In this document: positions 11,305 through 25,800 of the stretch, piece by piece
Position numbering within the stretch: the first letter of the stretch is position 1
Layout: each line of letters begins with the position of its first letter
Source: Bugula neritina
Taxonomy: Eukaryota > Animalia > Bryozoa
Assembly (NCBI GenBank): GCA_964035545.1
Contig: OZ037765.1
Span: 3,658,001-3,722,000 of the forward strand
Reading direction: 5' to 3'
DNA: 64,000 nt
Position numbers and translations under genes: made by a program
The notes under the pieces: generated by a model
Seen by the model: the letters and a program-made list of their open reading frames with translations, nothing else
Database searches by the model: none
Told to the model about the DNA's origin: nothing

Positions 11305-14300
11305 CTTCAGCTTAACTCCCTAGGAGTAGAAACACTGAGAGTAACAATGGAGTATCAACAATGAATTGCTGTGGCTTTACAATTAACAATCAAACTTGAG
11401 AAATTATGCATAAAAATAGTTTCATGAATATTATTCTTGAAATATGTAGACTTAGCATGGAATATTTAATTTTTGGCTGCATGGTCTTTGTATTACAATG
11501 TAATACTATAATATACATATTACAAAGTATAATATATAGTAACATAGTTACTTTTTCAAATGCATTATATATTGAGGTATCCAAGAATTAAAAAGCAGCA
11601 GTTATTGAAAAAGAAATATACTTTTATGGAGCATATTTTGTTAATGGCATCTTTAACTTTTATAATATGCTAGAATTTTAACGGCAATTTTTGTATAGTT
11701 GGCTATAGTTCATAGTTTACAGGTAGGCAAAATTTAAAACTGATTATAATTCTGACAAACCCTAGCATGTAGAATTGTAAGCATAGAAATAGTTTTGCTG
11801 TCAATAATTTGTCGAGCTTGCATAGTAACAGCAATTATCTAAAATATAGTTATGAAAACAATGACAACAATGCAAATTGCTTAAAACTACCAAGAAACAA
11901 AAATAGAAAAATTAGTACAAATTTCTCACCTGCTAAATTAATTTAATCTTTCACCTTCCAAATACTCTTGATCTAATATAGAATTGACAAGTTATGGTTG
12001 CTAGTCAGTTATTGGATTGAAACATATTTTATATTGAATTCTATACTTATAGTCATAATTTAAAATGCAGACTGCTTAGTTTAGGAGACGTAAGGAGACA
12101 CAGCCTTTAGTTCAGCTGCTAATTTATAAACTAAGGCTAAACATACTAAAGCAACTTAAATATTTAATCTAGAGTGTTGTATTATAATAGGATCAATGTT
12201 GTCTTGACACTAGCTTCAATAGAAAACCTACAAAGCCTCATGATTGGAGAATAACAGTAGTGAGTAGGTTTTATGTACATTTCTATATCAATAACCGGAG
12301 AAATTATTATGGCTGCTTTCAAGAAGTGAATAGAAATGAATATAAAGAGGTATTTACTGATAAAATGTGAGCAAATATTACAGGTGAACACAAAGCATAA
12401 CAAGCATGTCTTATTAAACTGTGCAAAGCTAATGCAGTCTGGTTTTTGCACTTAAATTAATATTCTAGACTAGTCAGCTTACCAAATTATTTTGCAAATT
12501 TAAAAAAACTTTTTAAAATTGTTGCTATTAGCATAAGAAGTGTATGACATAATAATACTAGATGCATATACAAGATCGAGCCAATATGCATAATTTGCAG
12601 TTGTCTTTTCTTTGTAACTTGTGTTAACATATTAGGGTTAATAAAATATGTACATAAGTACAGAAATTCCGTCATAGTAAACATTGAGTTATCAGCTATG
12701 TATAACAATAAAGATGCAATTGTGAAAAAGCTTCTTATTATTTAGGAGTTATCTGCCTTTAAGAATATTGGGCACATATATTTTGCAAATTTGTTTCAAT
12801 AAATTTTAACTTCTGAGCTCTTTATAAGCGAAGATTTGTCTTTTGGCTGAAAGTATCAGTTTTTTACCATTTAAACTATGGCATTATGTTTAAAAAATAT
12901 AAATAGGTATACAGCTATTTTTTCTTTTTTTTTGCATTTATGAATAGAAAATTTGATTGGCCGTTCAAATTGCAAAGAGATTAAACAAAGTCAAATTAAA
13001 TCTCTTTGTAAGATAAGCAGACAAAAAATGACTAAAACAAAACTGTATTCTTGTCTGGCTGCAATTATTAATGAAAGAGCTTATTTAAAATGACTGCAAT
13101 ATACGTTCATACAGCCATTTTTTAAATTACACAATTCAACTTTGAATCTTGCAAAAGGAGTTATCAATCAGTTACTCACTTACTTAGCACTATTATTTGT
13201 AATAATATAATGAAATGCTAAGCACAACACTGAAATAATAATATGCATGGTATAAAAAGCATCAATGTGAAAAAATTTTGTTAACAGGTGTTCCTCAGAG
13301 ATTTCTGAAGAGTTTGACACCGAAAACTATTTTAGCTAGTCAAAAGAGGTCAATAGTAAATAGTATTTTGCCTATTAGTTTATCATAATAATTATATGCA
13401 TAAACTTTTTAATTTGCTCACTTTTCTGTTAATTTTTAAACATAGGCCTACATATAACATCAGGCTTTGCTACACGATTTACTGATAAACTATCAGCTTT
13501 GCTATTGAAAACCCTTAACCTAAAAATATATATTAAGAAAGAAGCTACAATTAAGACTAAAATTTGTATTTTATATCAAACTTCTTTATAGATTAAATTT
13601 ATTTTCTGTGACTTTTTTACCAGTTATAATGATTTGATAGAATTTATATAGATGTATATGAGATCAGTGGCTTTTAGTTGCTCAATATAAACAGTAGGCT
13701 TGACCTTGCAAACATAAACCGCTCCCTGCGCTACATGCTACAACCAAGTTAATGTAAAGGTATAAAATCATAGTTTGTCCTTCAACTTAAAAACTCAGCT
13801 ATGCTGCTTCACAGATGCCAACACATCAACACATCCGTATGTGTAGAATGTATATTCTTAGTACATGTTGTCATTTAGCAAGTATTTCTGAGTATCGTAA
13901 AAATAGATGTTGACATAGTTGCTTGTTAGCTCACGAAGTCTGTAAATTTGTTAAATTGTACTGTGTAATTTTTTAACGTATCTGGAGGTATTTGTTTTAA
14001 TTGATTTAATCTCTCTTTTATATTCAAATAATTACGAGAGTACAAGTTTTATGAAACTTTTAATTGGAGCTTTTAGCACATAAGCTAAAAGACAGTTGTT
14101 ATTTTATGCAGATGCAAATTTAATTTACTGGTGAAATAATTTATGCTCATCTGTGATTCATGAAAAATTTTATTGCGTGCTGGAGAATATCTTACTCCTG
14201 TCAAAAGGAGATTCAATGCGATGAAAATAAACTCAATTTGACAGCCGCTATAATAAAAATATTTATAAATAAATAATGTAGGGCATATTCACATATAATC

Positions 14301-15526
14301 TACTTATTAGTAACTCAGCTTGTTTATTACTTTCGAGTAACTTCAAATACAACATGTAACAAGATTAACTAAATCTAATATTGTATTTACATTTATAAAA
14401 ATCTTATTATTTTACGGCTAGATGAAACAATAATATTAATACACATGAAAGAAAGTTTGGCTAGAGAATTAATTTAAACTTACCTTATTACTAGCTCTGA
14501 GGTTGGCAAATTCAATCTGATGTGGCAGAAGTAAAATTAAATTGCAGTGATGCAGTTATTGCTATAAGATTAAACCCATATCGTGTAACAGTAAATTATG
14601 GCAATGTTTGATAGTTAGTGAATTTGCTCAGCTAAATTTGTCTATAAACAAAGAAAACAGTTGCAAAATAATAATATGAACTCTGTATGTAAGCTCACTA
14701 GTTAGATTTCCTAGGAATATTCTGGAAGTGTAGCACAGGTGGCTCCCTCTACACTGCTAACTGAGTTAGCTGATGCTTGAAGGGCTCAACTTCTATAATA
14801 AAAACAAGTTATATTTACCAAAATATTTTATCATTTCATCTTAGTGATTAAAGTGGCAATAAGAGTGTTCTGTGCAAAGACATTAACTCATGTAGATTAC
14901 TAAGCCAATGTTTTCAATACTGCTAAGAAAAGCCCTTTTTGAAGCAGTCTGCACTATTGAATGTGTAAAATAAAAATAATTGAAAAAAAATTATGAGAAC
15001 CATTTTCAAAGTGATAGTTCTATATCAATTTGTTTTGCTACAGTTTGCTTACAACATAATGATTAACGTACAGTATTTTACGATTTTTTTAATCACTGCT
15101 GTTTTAAATATACTTACAACAATTTATTTTGGGAATTTCCATTTGATTTACAGTTGACACTTGTTAAAATTACATAAAATAGTTTCTAGTTGTTTGTGGA
15201 ATAAGTATCATATTTTTTATACTATTTTTACTGTTAGTTTTACCAACACAAGACTACCAGTCTGCTTAGAGAAATCAAGCAGCTTCACTAGTGTTTCTAG
15301 CAGCACAGTTAAGTTTTCAAAATTTTGGTCATCAAATATGGTTTATCTTACTAAATAATTTAGCTGTATAAACCATGTTTTTTAAAGTATTTAATTTGTA
15401 CTATAAACCTATATCAATTCTACAATGCAAAAATAAAAACAGTACAACAAATTAGTGTATATAATTAGGTACAATTTTTTTAATGCTCAAATTTGTCTAA
15501 ACCTCAATCCCTGTGAGAACCCCTGA

Positions 15527-15715
15527 TGACGAGGGGTTTCTTAAGCAAGTTAAATATTGCTCCTCCTGCCTTGCTAGTAAAATATTTTTGATTAAAACCT
15601 TTTACGTGAAACACACGAGTTATTATTATAGCCAGATGCCCTTCCCATGATATCACTGATGGTCCAGCCAAAATTCGAGCTGAAGGCCTTGTGCTCTGAC
15701 CCCATGGCTTCTCTC
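15527..15715 (-). mobile_element. tRNA-derived SINE, diverged copy 3
   Basis: TTATAGCCAGATGCCCTTCCCATGATATCACTGATGG...TGCTCTGACCCCATGGCTTCTC matches the core of the other copies. Confidence 0.6.
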
Positions 15716-16589
15716 TACAAATAAGATTAAAAAATACTGATAATTAGTTGTTTAAAGCAACATAATTTATATAAACTATGAAAATGCATTTTCATAGTTT
15801 ACCATGATAGACTACAATAATTTAAGACCATGAGTTACCTGGATAGAATTTTCTTATTGTTAAATGTAAGAGTTGTCATACTAATATTTTCTGGAGTGAT
15901 TAGTTTTAATTACAGTTGCTGAATTTGTAGTACGAAGCACCTTTCAGTATTGTAAGAATCTTGTTGCACTCAGTGATATTCGATGACTCATTTTCTCTGA
16001 CATATGCGTACAGATCTGCTCTTTAGAGTGAGTGAAATGAATATTCAATGAAGATGAACATTTATATTAATATTGAATAGGAATAACAATAACATGTTTA
16101 TATGAATCTCATTATGCTGGCACTAAATAGACATGTGCAGCTCATGTCTATATTATACCTCTAATTAAAAATGCACCTTTCATAGTTTAATGAGCCCAAA
16201 TGTGAAATTGCAGGCCGAGCAGATGCCATTGTATTTAAAAATTCACACCTAATTTAGCAGCTGAGTAAATTGTCTTCCTTTGTCTAAATAATTATATAAT
16301 TAATTCACTCACAACACGAAATCAATAAAACATTGTTATGGAAGATGCAACACGGAGTACGTTATTTTTGTGCTGAGATGTTTGCAATTATACTTCAGTG
16401 TTAAGATAACAGTGTTTTCATAAGTTGAGTTCATTTCTTATTATCTTGCACTCAATATTGAATAGTTTACACTTTGGTTTTGAGAATGCGCCTTATCTAA
16501 ACCTCTATAGATTCATTATTCTTAGCACTACATTGTAATCGGTTTTATGTCTCGCAGCTTACAGATGTTTTAATATTAATGGAGCAACA

Positions 16590-16873
16590 ACGGACGTAAA
16601 AGGCTAATCAGTTTCATTCTCGGATTCGGCCAATCAGATGCAAGGATTCTGTTACTCGCCTAACACGCTTTTAAGAAAAGTATTATAAGAATATACCTTG
16701 TTGGAAACCTCGTATTCTTGAGATTGCATGCGTAGCAAATATATCGTTAATCATAGCCTTACTTTATCAAAGCCTAGAGGCACTAAATTTCAAAGTTATA
16801 ATTACGTCACGTAAAATTCTCTCCAGGATTACCACTAAGATAGAAGGAATTGGCGCCACATACAAACATTGCA
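16590..16873 (+). promoter_or_regulatory. Putative Wnt5 promoter / 5'UTR
   Basis: CCAAT box (GGCCAATCAG, ~16629) and a CRE-like TACGTCACGT (~16803), with local CpG enrichment just upstream of the ATG. Motif evidence only. Confidence 0.35.
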
Positions 16874-19800
16874 ATGAGGAAGATGCTTAAAATCGGACAG
16901 TCTACTCTATTCATACTTTTTAACATAGCATTTCAGTGTATCACATCACAGTCATGGTAAGTACAGCTCATCACATTTGAAATCTGTTAATAGTTGTTTT
17001 AATGAGGGTTAATTAGTCTAAAACTGTAAAAGTATTAAATAGCCAACGGCCTATGTTATTAATAATAATGTTGTTGGTCTGCTTGTAGCTCTTGTATCAC
17101 CTTAAGATTATGGCATTGAAAACCTTTTAAGTCAGCCGCCATACTTTAAATTAGTTATACATGAAGTTTATATAGTATGCAGTTGTATGGCAAATCAAAG
17201 TTACATTATAATAACAGCCTATCTTGTTGCTTTAATGTCTTTAGCTTCAGAGTTTTCATTTTTAATTAAAAACAAAATCAATACACTTGGCTGTAACATT
17301 TTCCATCTAAAGTCATTAAACTTCATCAAGATGAGTGAAAAAGATGCAGTGTATGTGACATAAAAAGGATTTTAAGATTACATAATTCTGTAAAAGTTAA
17401 AGATGCTTTGAAGAAGAGACAGTCTTAGACTTAAACAGCAACAAATACTGATTAAAAGCATTCAGATTTTTAGCAATGCTAACTATTAGTAAAAAGTTAG
17501 TTTTTATATAGCCAATGAGAGACTATATAACAGCACCTGGGCCTACTAAATTACATTTATAGGGATTCATTTGTATCAAATATCCAGTTAATTCTTCGAA
17601 ATCCTCTCTATTTGAATTAGTAAGTTGAGTAACACAATTAGCAGTGCTGTATTGTATTACCGCATTGTAGTGAGTCTTATATTGTATAAACCCATCAGTA
17701 CAAACATGCTGCCTTACTGACTGTTTCACCTCATGGCAGCACCCATACAAGCAGCTATAAAAGAGTTGTTTTGACGCAATTACTGTGAGACATATGGGGT
17801 CATGATGATTAGGTAAATTCGCTTCCTATGCTACATTTGTGGGGTTTCAGTATGAACAGGTTTAACAGATCTGTACCTAATTAAGGTAAAACCTATTCTC
17901 CACACCTACAGAAACATTTGACTCATAGAAAGGAAGAAAATATATTGCACAATGAACCATTTTAAGCTCATAAAATTATTTGCAAACAATAGGCCTGGAA
18001 ATAATTACCCCCAAATTACTCTTTTATCTGTTCCGCTCATAATAGAAGTTTGAACTTTATTCTTCAGTATTCTTAGGTACTAAAACCCTAATAAAAACTG
18101 GGCAGTTATATTTCCCCTTTAAGCTGTTTATAACTTACAGCCTCAAAACAAAATATTACTTCTTGTTTGAGATGATCAACCTGTAAACAACTTCAAAACG
18201 TTAAGTTTAAATAACTTCATGGGTGTATAGACACCAAAGTAAAATTCTATCTTACATGGACATTAGATTAAGAAGTTACACTTGCAACCTGTTGTATGCA
18301 TCAACTCATAGTTGTAGTGGTGTTTATAGTCCATCAGAATTCAAAAAGTAATAAATACCTAGCTATAAAATAATATCAACTTATATCTTCTGTTTTCTCA
18401 AAGTAGTAAATATGCAAAAGGGGAAATATTATTTAGAAATAATACAGGCGGATAAAAAATTTTCTTCACTTCACAAGTAATTGTACTTCACACTTGCACT
18501 TTATTAATTTTAGAATAATTATAAAGTTGGGTGTAAAATGAGCATTTCACTAATGTATTTATAATAATGCTAAGTCTGCAATTGTGAGTTTAAAAACTTT
18601 TTCAAAAGATTTATGGTTGCGAAATGAGGTGTTGAAATTTCTGGTCATTAAATGAATTCATTTTTAAGCAGTTGAAATATGATTAAATAATAATTTTCAC
18701 CAATCAAAAACCTAAAATTTTCAAAGATTGATGAATATTCTTTAGTTTCTCCCACAGAATACTGAATTACCACAAGGCCATGTTGCCATTATGTTCCTCG
18801 CCAAACATGTCTAATTATTTATACAAGTTTTAAATAATGATGAATGGGTCTCAAAATATGAATATTTAATTAAAGTGAATATCATAAATGAAAAGAAGTT
18901 ATATATTTGCTTATACAATTATAGAACTTGTCATTCAGCATTTGTGTGTGTGTGTGTGTGTGCGTGTGTGCGTGTGTGCGTGTGTGCGTGTGTGTGCGTA
19001 TGTGTGCGTGTGTGTGCGTGTAACAATGCATGTACACATAATAATTTATAATATACATTAGCAATATATCGCTTGAATTGTAGTTGAAATTTTATATTGA
19101 AAGCAAACGATAATTTTTAAAATGTACAGTAAGTTTATGCAAGTTTTTACAATACTGCAGTTAATCATAAATAATTTCTAAAACTGCAACATAAACTTAT
19201 GACTAGTGAAAAGACAACTTTTGACACTTGCTACAGGTGATCTGGTGCCATTACTTCCTGTTTGCAAATGTTTGAAACATATGACATGGAATTTCACTAT
19301 TTTTAGCCTGGGGATATTTTTCAAATACATAATATTTTATTACACTGTAAACTAATACTACAATATCATATTTATCTCGAGCTAACTGCAATTAACCTAA
19401 AGGGTGTCAAACAGTCAACAGTAGGTGATGTTATATAATTTAAACTAGCTGATTGGAGCTGATCAAAGTTATTGATAAACTTATGGCCACCCCTTACATC
19501 AGCAGGTGGGGATGTGAATATCGAACTAAATAATCTAACCACTTCAATGCTAGCAGCTCACAGTTATTGTAAAAGCTTGATTTAATGAAACGGAATAATA
19601 GATGAATAGCCTAAGAGTTTGAAAGAAAATAGAAGTTCGTAAATTCTGCGTCATAATGAATAGAAAACTTCACTAAAAGTCATTCTTAGCCATTTCATTA
19701 ATTCACAGCTTAACAAAACAGTTATTAATGTTATCCATTTCACACGAGTTTAATAGAAGGGGCCGAAATTTTATGCAAATAATGATTTCATTCCTTAAGC

Positions 19801-22800
19801 CAAGGAATTTCTCATTAATTTCTAAAACGTATTATGAAGATTAAAACTTACTTCAATTCAGCTCTGTGAATGCAAAGTATTAAACTCGCTGCTTTCAATT
19901 AACACTCCCTACTCAACTAACACTGTTGACTCGAGGCTACAACTTACAGATATGATTTTCTACCAAAATTTGATTAATTTATTTCGATAACCAAATCATT
20001 TAGTAGTTTATTCTTTGGAAATTTCAATCAACTTTATCTCTTGTTTTGCCAGATTTATTTGTAATAAAACAGTTTGAAACTGACAAATATTGCAAAATTT
20101 GTTTTTATTTCAAAACTCAATATGTTGACACAAACAAAAATATGCTCAGCTGGTTATTATGATATAAATTAATGTCATGTCAACTTACAGGATTAATTGA
20201 TATTTTATAGGATGTGATATGCTGCATAATATTAACACTATAAAAAATACTATAGACCCTATCCTATATTATGCTATATGATGCTGTGCTATACTATACT
20301 CTGCTATGATATACAATTCTATAGCCTACTGTGCTATGCTATGGTTATATGTTATGCTCTGGTATACCATGATATTTTTCACCAGGATATCTGCTATACT
20401 ATATGCTATACTATGCTATACTATATGCTATACTATGCTATACTATATGCTATACTATATGCTATACTATGCTATACTATGTGCTATCCTATATGCTATA
20501 CTATGTTATATTTTAGACTATAACATATGCTATACGCTATTTATGTGAGCTGATGAGCAAGAAATGCACTGAGTGTTATGATGCTTGTTCAAATTATGGG
20601 GCACTTGTTTGGGAAGTGCTTAAAGTGTGCAGCTCACAACAAGTGCTTTGTCCTTCAGATAAACAATAATAGTATGATACTAGCCTGCTAGTTCATTCAT
20701 ACCTGTCATAACACTGAAATAAGACACCACCTCAGCCTAGTTGCACTACAACACACTGTAAAATCTGAATAAGATATCTTTCAAATGAATTCCTAAAGGC
20801 CATGTCATTTAGTAGTAGCTTGCTGTGGTAAAAGTATAATAATTATATCAAATTGTTCAACTCTTGAACTTTCTAGTAACTGAAACTATCAAAACTTGGC
20901 TAGGCTTTTGCATAGAAATACTTATATTGCCCTTTAACTTGTGGTAACAATTTTCTTTAAATTTTTAACTGCCTTGAGAAAAAAAAACTTCTGGCCTTAT
21001 TCAATGATATTACAAATTATGTAATTGCTAATATTTGTTTTAAACACAAGTATTCACTTGAAAAATGAAAAGTATGAAAATGATTTTCAGTTGCAAAGAT
21101 TTCAGTCAGAAATATACTATCAAAACCAGAAATTATCTTGGATAAAAAAACAGACCAACAGTTAAAAGTTATGTGTTATAGCAAGAGCAGTCTGTATGTA
21201 TGTAGAAAAATTCTAACAAGTAAAAAAGCTAAAACGGACCAACTTAGATTTACATTAGAAGAACTGTAATTCTCTGTCTGTCTCCATCCTACACACTTAT
21301 ATACATGACTAATAATATTCAACTTCTAAGTGGTCACTAAAGTAAAAAAAGCATTTCTTTAAAATATGAGTTACAGTATGTTTGAAATAGTAGCAAAGTA
21401 TCCAGTATATGATCAGCTGTAAGTTCTATAATGTTACCAGAAGAATAAAATATGAATGTCAAAGTCTATCATAAGTTGTCGAGTATCACATGCATGAGGT
21501 ATGTCAGTGTAGTGTATCAACTGTAATACTTTATCAGATTGTATAGCAGTTCGTGTGTATGACTCCACTGAACTATGTCTAGTATGTTACGTTGTTGCCA
21601 GTGTTACTCAGAGTAGCTAGTTATATTGACTTTCAAATCAAAGTATCATAAATAACTAAGAAATTAACAAAGTCTGCAAAAAATTGAGGTTTTGTAAAGT
21701 GCTCAATTGTATTTTCGTCAGTTGATTTAAAATTATGAGAAATTTGCTAAGCATGAAATTAGTTTCCCATTAGATAAAGAAACTTTTGAGATTGCGACTG
21801 TTTTTTAAATCGATACGATACAATTTTGCAATACAAAATTTTTTTTTAAAAAGCGCACAGGTGTACAAATCATTCACCATTAATAATTAAATTAAAGAAA
21901 ACAATAGCAGGTGTATGTATGCTTTATGAACAGCAAGCATTTACTCTAATCCAGTGGTAGGGCTCTGGAAACACCAGTGTTTTTAAATTGAAGCAGGAAT
22001 AAAAACATAAACACCCAATTATAAATTATTTCTACAATTTTGATGTTTTTATTATCAGTCCATCAAAATAATTCAAATCAACAAAATGATTCACCAATTA
22101 AAATAACACCCACTATGCCCATTCTGATTTAACCAACTGGACCTCAAAGTGCCCTTTTCAAAGTTGGTATGCTGGCCTATAATATGATGATGAAATGCAG
22201 AAATATTGCGGAGTTAAACAAAATTGTGGCATTTTGATGAGTGCTAGTTGGCAAGAGTATACTAAACCAAGACTAAATACTTCAAATAATACCTGATAAG
22301 CATCTATCAACTTAAACATTAAAGGATTATAACAAAATATTATCATTCATAACCATAATTCAGATCTGAGCCAGTGCTGAGTAAATTGATTTTATCTCCA
22401 TTATCTAGCAGACAGTGGAGAGTGTTTTCTTTAAAGTAGTTATGATAATTATTATGATTCAAACTATTAAACTATTTTAGCCGCCATAATATTATTCAAT
22501 ACCAGTAATTATCCATCAACAAAGTAAAAGGCAGAGCTGTTTTGCACAGACTGTAAAATGTTATTAAAGTTTGTGGCTAAGGTCTAGAAACAATTGAGCT
22601 TTAGGTCTAACACAGTTGTTCTTGTAGGGGGTCCCTATTGTTTTGTTATTTTTTGTAATAAATATCTTGATCTTAGCTCTAATGACCTCTGCATTCTACT
22701 GTATAGGATTGTTAGCGCTAGCATATGATAACTATAAACTATAAACATCAGGGATGCAGTTCAAGTATATAACACATTACATGTAGAGACTGAGTCTCCA

Positions 22801-25800
22801 TTCTGTACAGCATAATTACCTAGTACTCTAGCCCTAAGGCTGGAAACTTTGTCCACACGCTATTTTTAATTCACAAGCTTTGTTTTGAAACATTTTTCTC
22901 CATGTGTATCAATTGTGAATGTTTAGTCCGACATATTTTGCCCGAGAATGTGTTTGCCTATTGCCAACAAATGGTTGCAACCATTTCAATGGCTGGACAA
23001 CACATACATCTGCCTGAGGGTCCCCTGGCCGCTGCTGACAAATTGGCGCACTTCCGAAATGTTTTAGTAAATAACTTTCTGCCTTTTTGAGTGCAAATTC
23101 AGCCTTGAGATACAAAGAACGACTTTTAACAAAACTAATATGTAACTTTTGTAACAAGGTTCATGAGTAGCCGACAATAACTTCGTTGTTACAAACTCAC
23201 GTCACAACATGACTTTTGGTAGCCAGATTCTTCTTGTTCATTGTTAGAAAGATTTTGCCTGACATTCTTTTATTAGTTGTGATGCTTTTTTACTGTATTC
23301 CTACATCATCAATAAAATTCAAAGTAAATTTCACTATAGTTGTTCGGTTTGTTTTTGTAGCAAATTTATGTACTAGATTAATACTTTTTAAAAAATAGTT
23401 CAGCCATCGAATTAGTGTTTGCATTTTACTTTGCGCTTGTTTTAGGTTGAAGCAGTCAAATATCATGTCTTGGCAACTAAACCCCCAACTATATTTGCTG
23501 GGAGCCGCTCCTAAGTGTACCGCGGCAAATGCAAGACTATCACCTCTGCAGAATGCCATGTGCACAAACGGTGGCTACATGGATCATATGTCTAGTGTGA
23601 ATGTGGGACTCTTATTAGCACTGAATGAATGTAACTTTCAGTTTTCATCTAACACTTGGAACTGTTCTTCAGTAGAAATGGAATCGCTACTAGAAGGAAT
23701 AAAAGATGTTGAAGGTGAGTGAGAGTTTAAAAGCTCACTTGAGTAGATTAGATTTCAGCTTCATCTCAAACTAATTCAAATTCTTTAATTTATTCATAAT
23801 TATTAGTGCTGGGTATTAACATAAATTATTAATTTTTTGAAAAGCAAATATTAATTGATATTAATTAAATTAGATTTTTGGTTGTCAGAGGCACACTGTC
23901 TGTTCATTGTTTCAAGTGCCTGCTTTGCATATTCAAATTGGTTGATTATTTGATTATAAAAATGAACTTTTGACGTTGTCCAGTAAAGACCATTCGCAAA
24001 TGCTTGTGAAATAGTATAACCAACTGGGTAGTAGACAAATTGACAAAACATCAAATTTTCCCAAGAACTCCTAAACTATACTAAGATGAAATGCTATGCT
24101 TATGAGTAATTAATTATACATTAATTTGATAAATATGCAAATTAAATGTAAGAGTGTATTATTGAAATGCACCGGGTCTAATGACTTCATATAAAATGAA
24201 TAATAAATTTTGATATATTATTTATTATTAAAATTCTTTGAAATAATACTTTCATGCACGTTTAACTTCTTTAGGGTGGAATATAGTAGTTATTATGACC
24301 CCAAAAGCATCAGTGATAGTTTGAGATGATTACTCCCTTAGATAACGCATTATCACAAGTTTTAACCCAAATCCGGATAATCTGAAAAGCAAACTTTACA
24401 CAGGCGTTCTCATGACAGTGTGTCACCATTTGAAAAGTCAAAAGTCCTTCAAATCAATTTGCATTTATCTTAATTCTGTATATCATTATATATTCTGGAG
24501 ATACTAAATGGCTATTCATTATATGCCCCAATCTCATTTACTTGCCTCCTTAGTAACCATCAGTGATAATGATATAGCTTAAGGGTTGTTTGGATACAGC
24601 GAACTGTGTAGGTAGTAATGTTCACAATATAAATTGCACACTAGCCAAATAAAAGTGCTTAGCAAATGGAAGCTCCAAATTTTCATCACTAAATTTTTGG
24701 TCAATGTTTTCTTCACTCAATAATATTTGTGTGCTGCTAGTTTAGGCAAAAACAACGTAAAATAGGAAAATAGCATTTCATGAAATACCTTTCAAAATAT
24801 CAATGCTACTATGAAGCTGTTATGTATAAATTAATCTTTAACCCTGTTAAATGCTATATGAACTATAAAATATGAGATGTTATGTTAATGGGGAGGAATT
24901 GATTATCATAATAATCCAAAACCTCTCTTAGTATACTGTACCAAACAAAGACTATAATATTTCACGGCACATGCATTTGAGCTGCTGTTGTGATTGCATT
25001 GAAGATTCTATCACTGTGTGTGGTACAGGTTTTGTGTGCTGGACAATACTTAATTGTATGGTTGTTGTTTTTGCACCCTAATAAACTAAAATGCCTGCAA
25101 AACTTTACTGTTTTGTGCACGATTTTATCTCCATTCAATTGTGAAGCAGAATGGTTAAAGAATAATTTAGCTAATATGAGAACCTACTCCTGTGTTAGTT
25201 TATTGTTGTTAGGCATTCCATGCAGTGTTTACTTTGAAAGAAATTTAATTTGAAACAAGTTGATATAAAACTTCACTCTATTGTTCGAAAGCTTGTTTCC
25301 AAACAGTTAAATTTCGCTGCAGGTGTAAAAGTAAACAGTGTAATCAGCATATACTGTTGATTATTGGTCACTGAATCACAGTAATTAAGTGCTTAAATAC
25401 GAATGCGATTTTCAAAGGTATCTTTTATGTGTTGTTCGGTGAAATGAAGCCCCATTAATCATTGATAATTAATATTCGAGCAATTAAAGTATTTATATGC
25501 AAAGTGTCACATATTTATAAACAATATTCTTTTGGTTACTTATAGACATCTTTACCCCTTAGTCTTTGCTCCCAAAGGAAGTAATTTGTGAATGTAGCCA
25601 TCATGCACTTGGCGCATGGCACATGTACCTCAAGCTACTTTCAAATGCTTATATAAACGCTTTATGCAGAATATAAAAATAGTAACGGCCAACCATATTT
25701 TATTTGCTAAAAATAAATACATAACAGATGTGATTTTTCAAACTCAAGTCAATCAGTTATCAAAGTAAAATCCTGCGATACGAAATTAATACAAAAGTCA

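Noticed and set aside
20278-20548. Tyr/Cys-rich repetitive ORFs
   Set aside because: They are read from the pentamer satellite in Wnt5 intron 1.
20545-20637. C/D-box snoRNA (terminal stem GTGAGCTG/CAGCTCAC with TGATGA)
   Set aside because: No box D adjacent to the 3' stem and no recognisable guide sequence.
23216-23398. Hydrophobic ORF just upstream of Wnt5 exon 2 as an alternative signal-peptide exon
   Set aside because: It starts at TTG, and the candidate donor (AAA|GTAAAT) is in the wrong phase to join exon 2; the phase-compatible frame has a stop.
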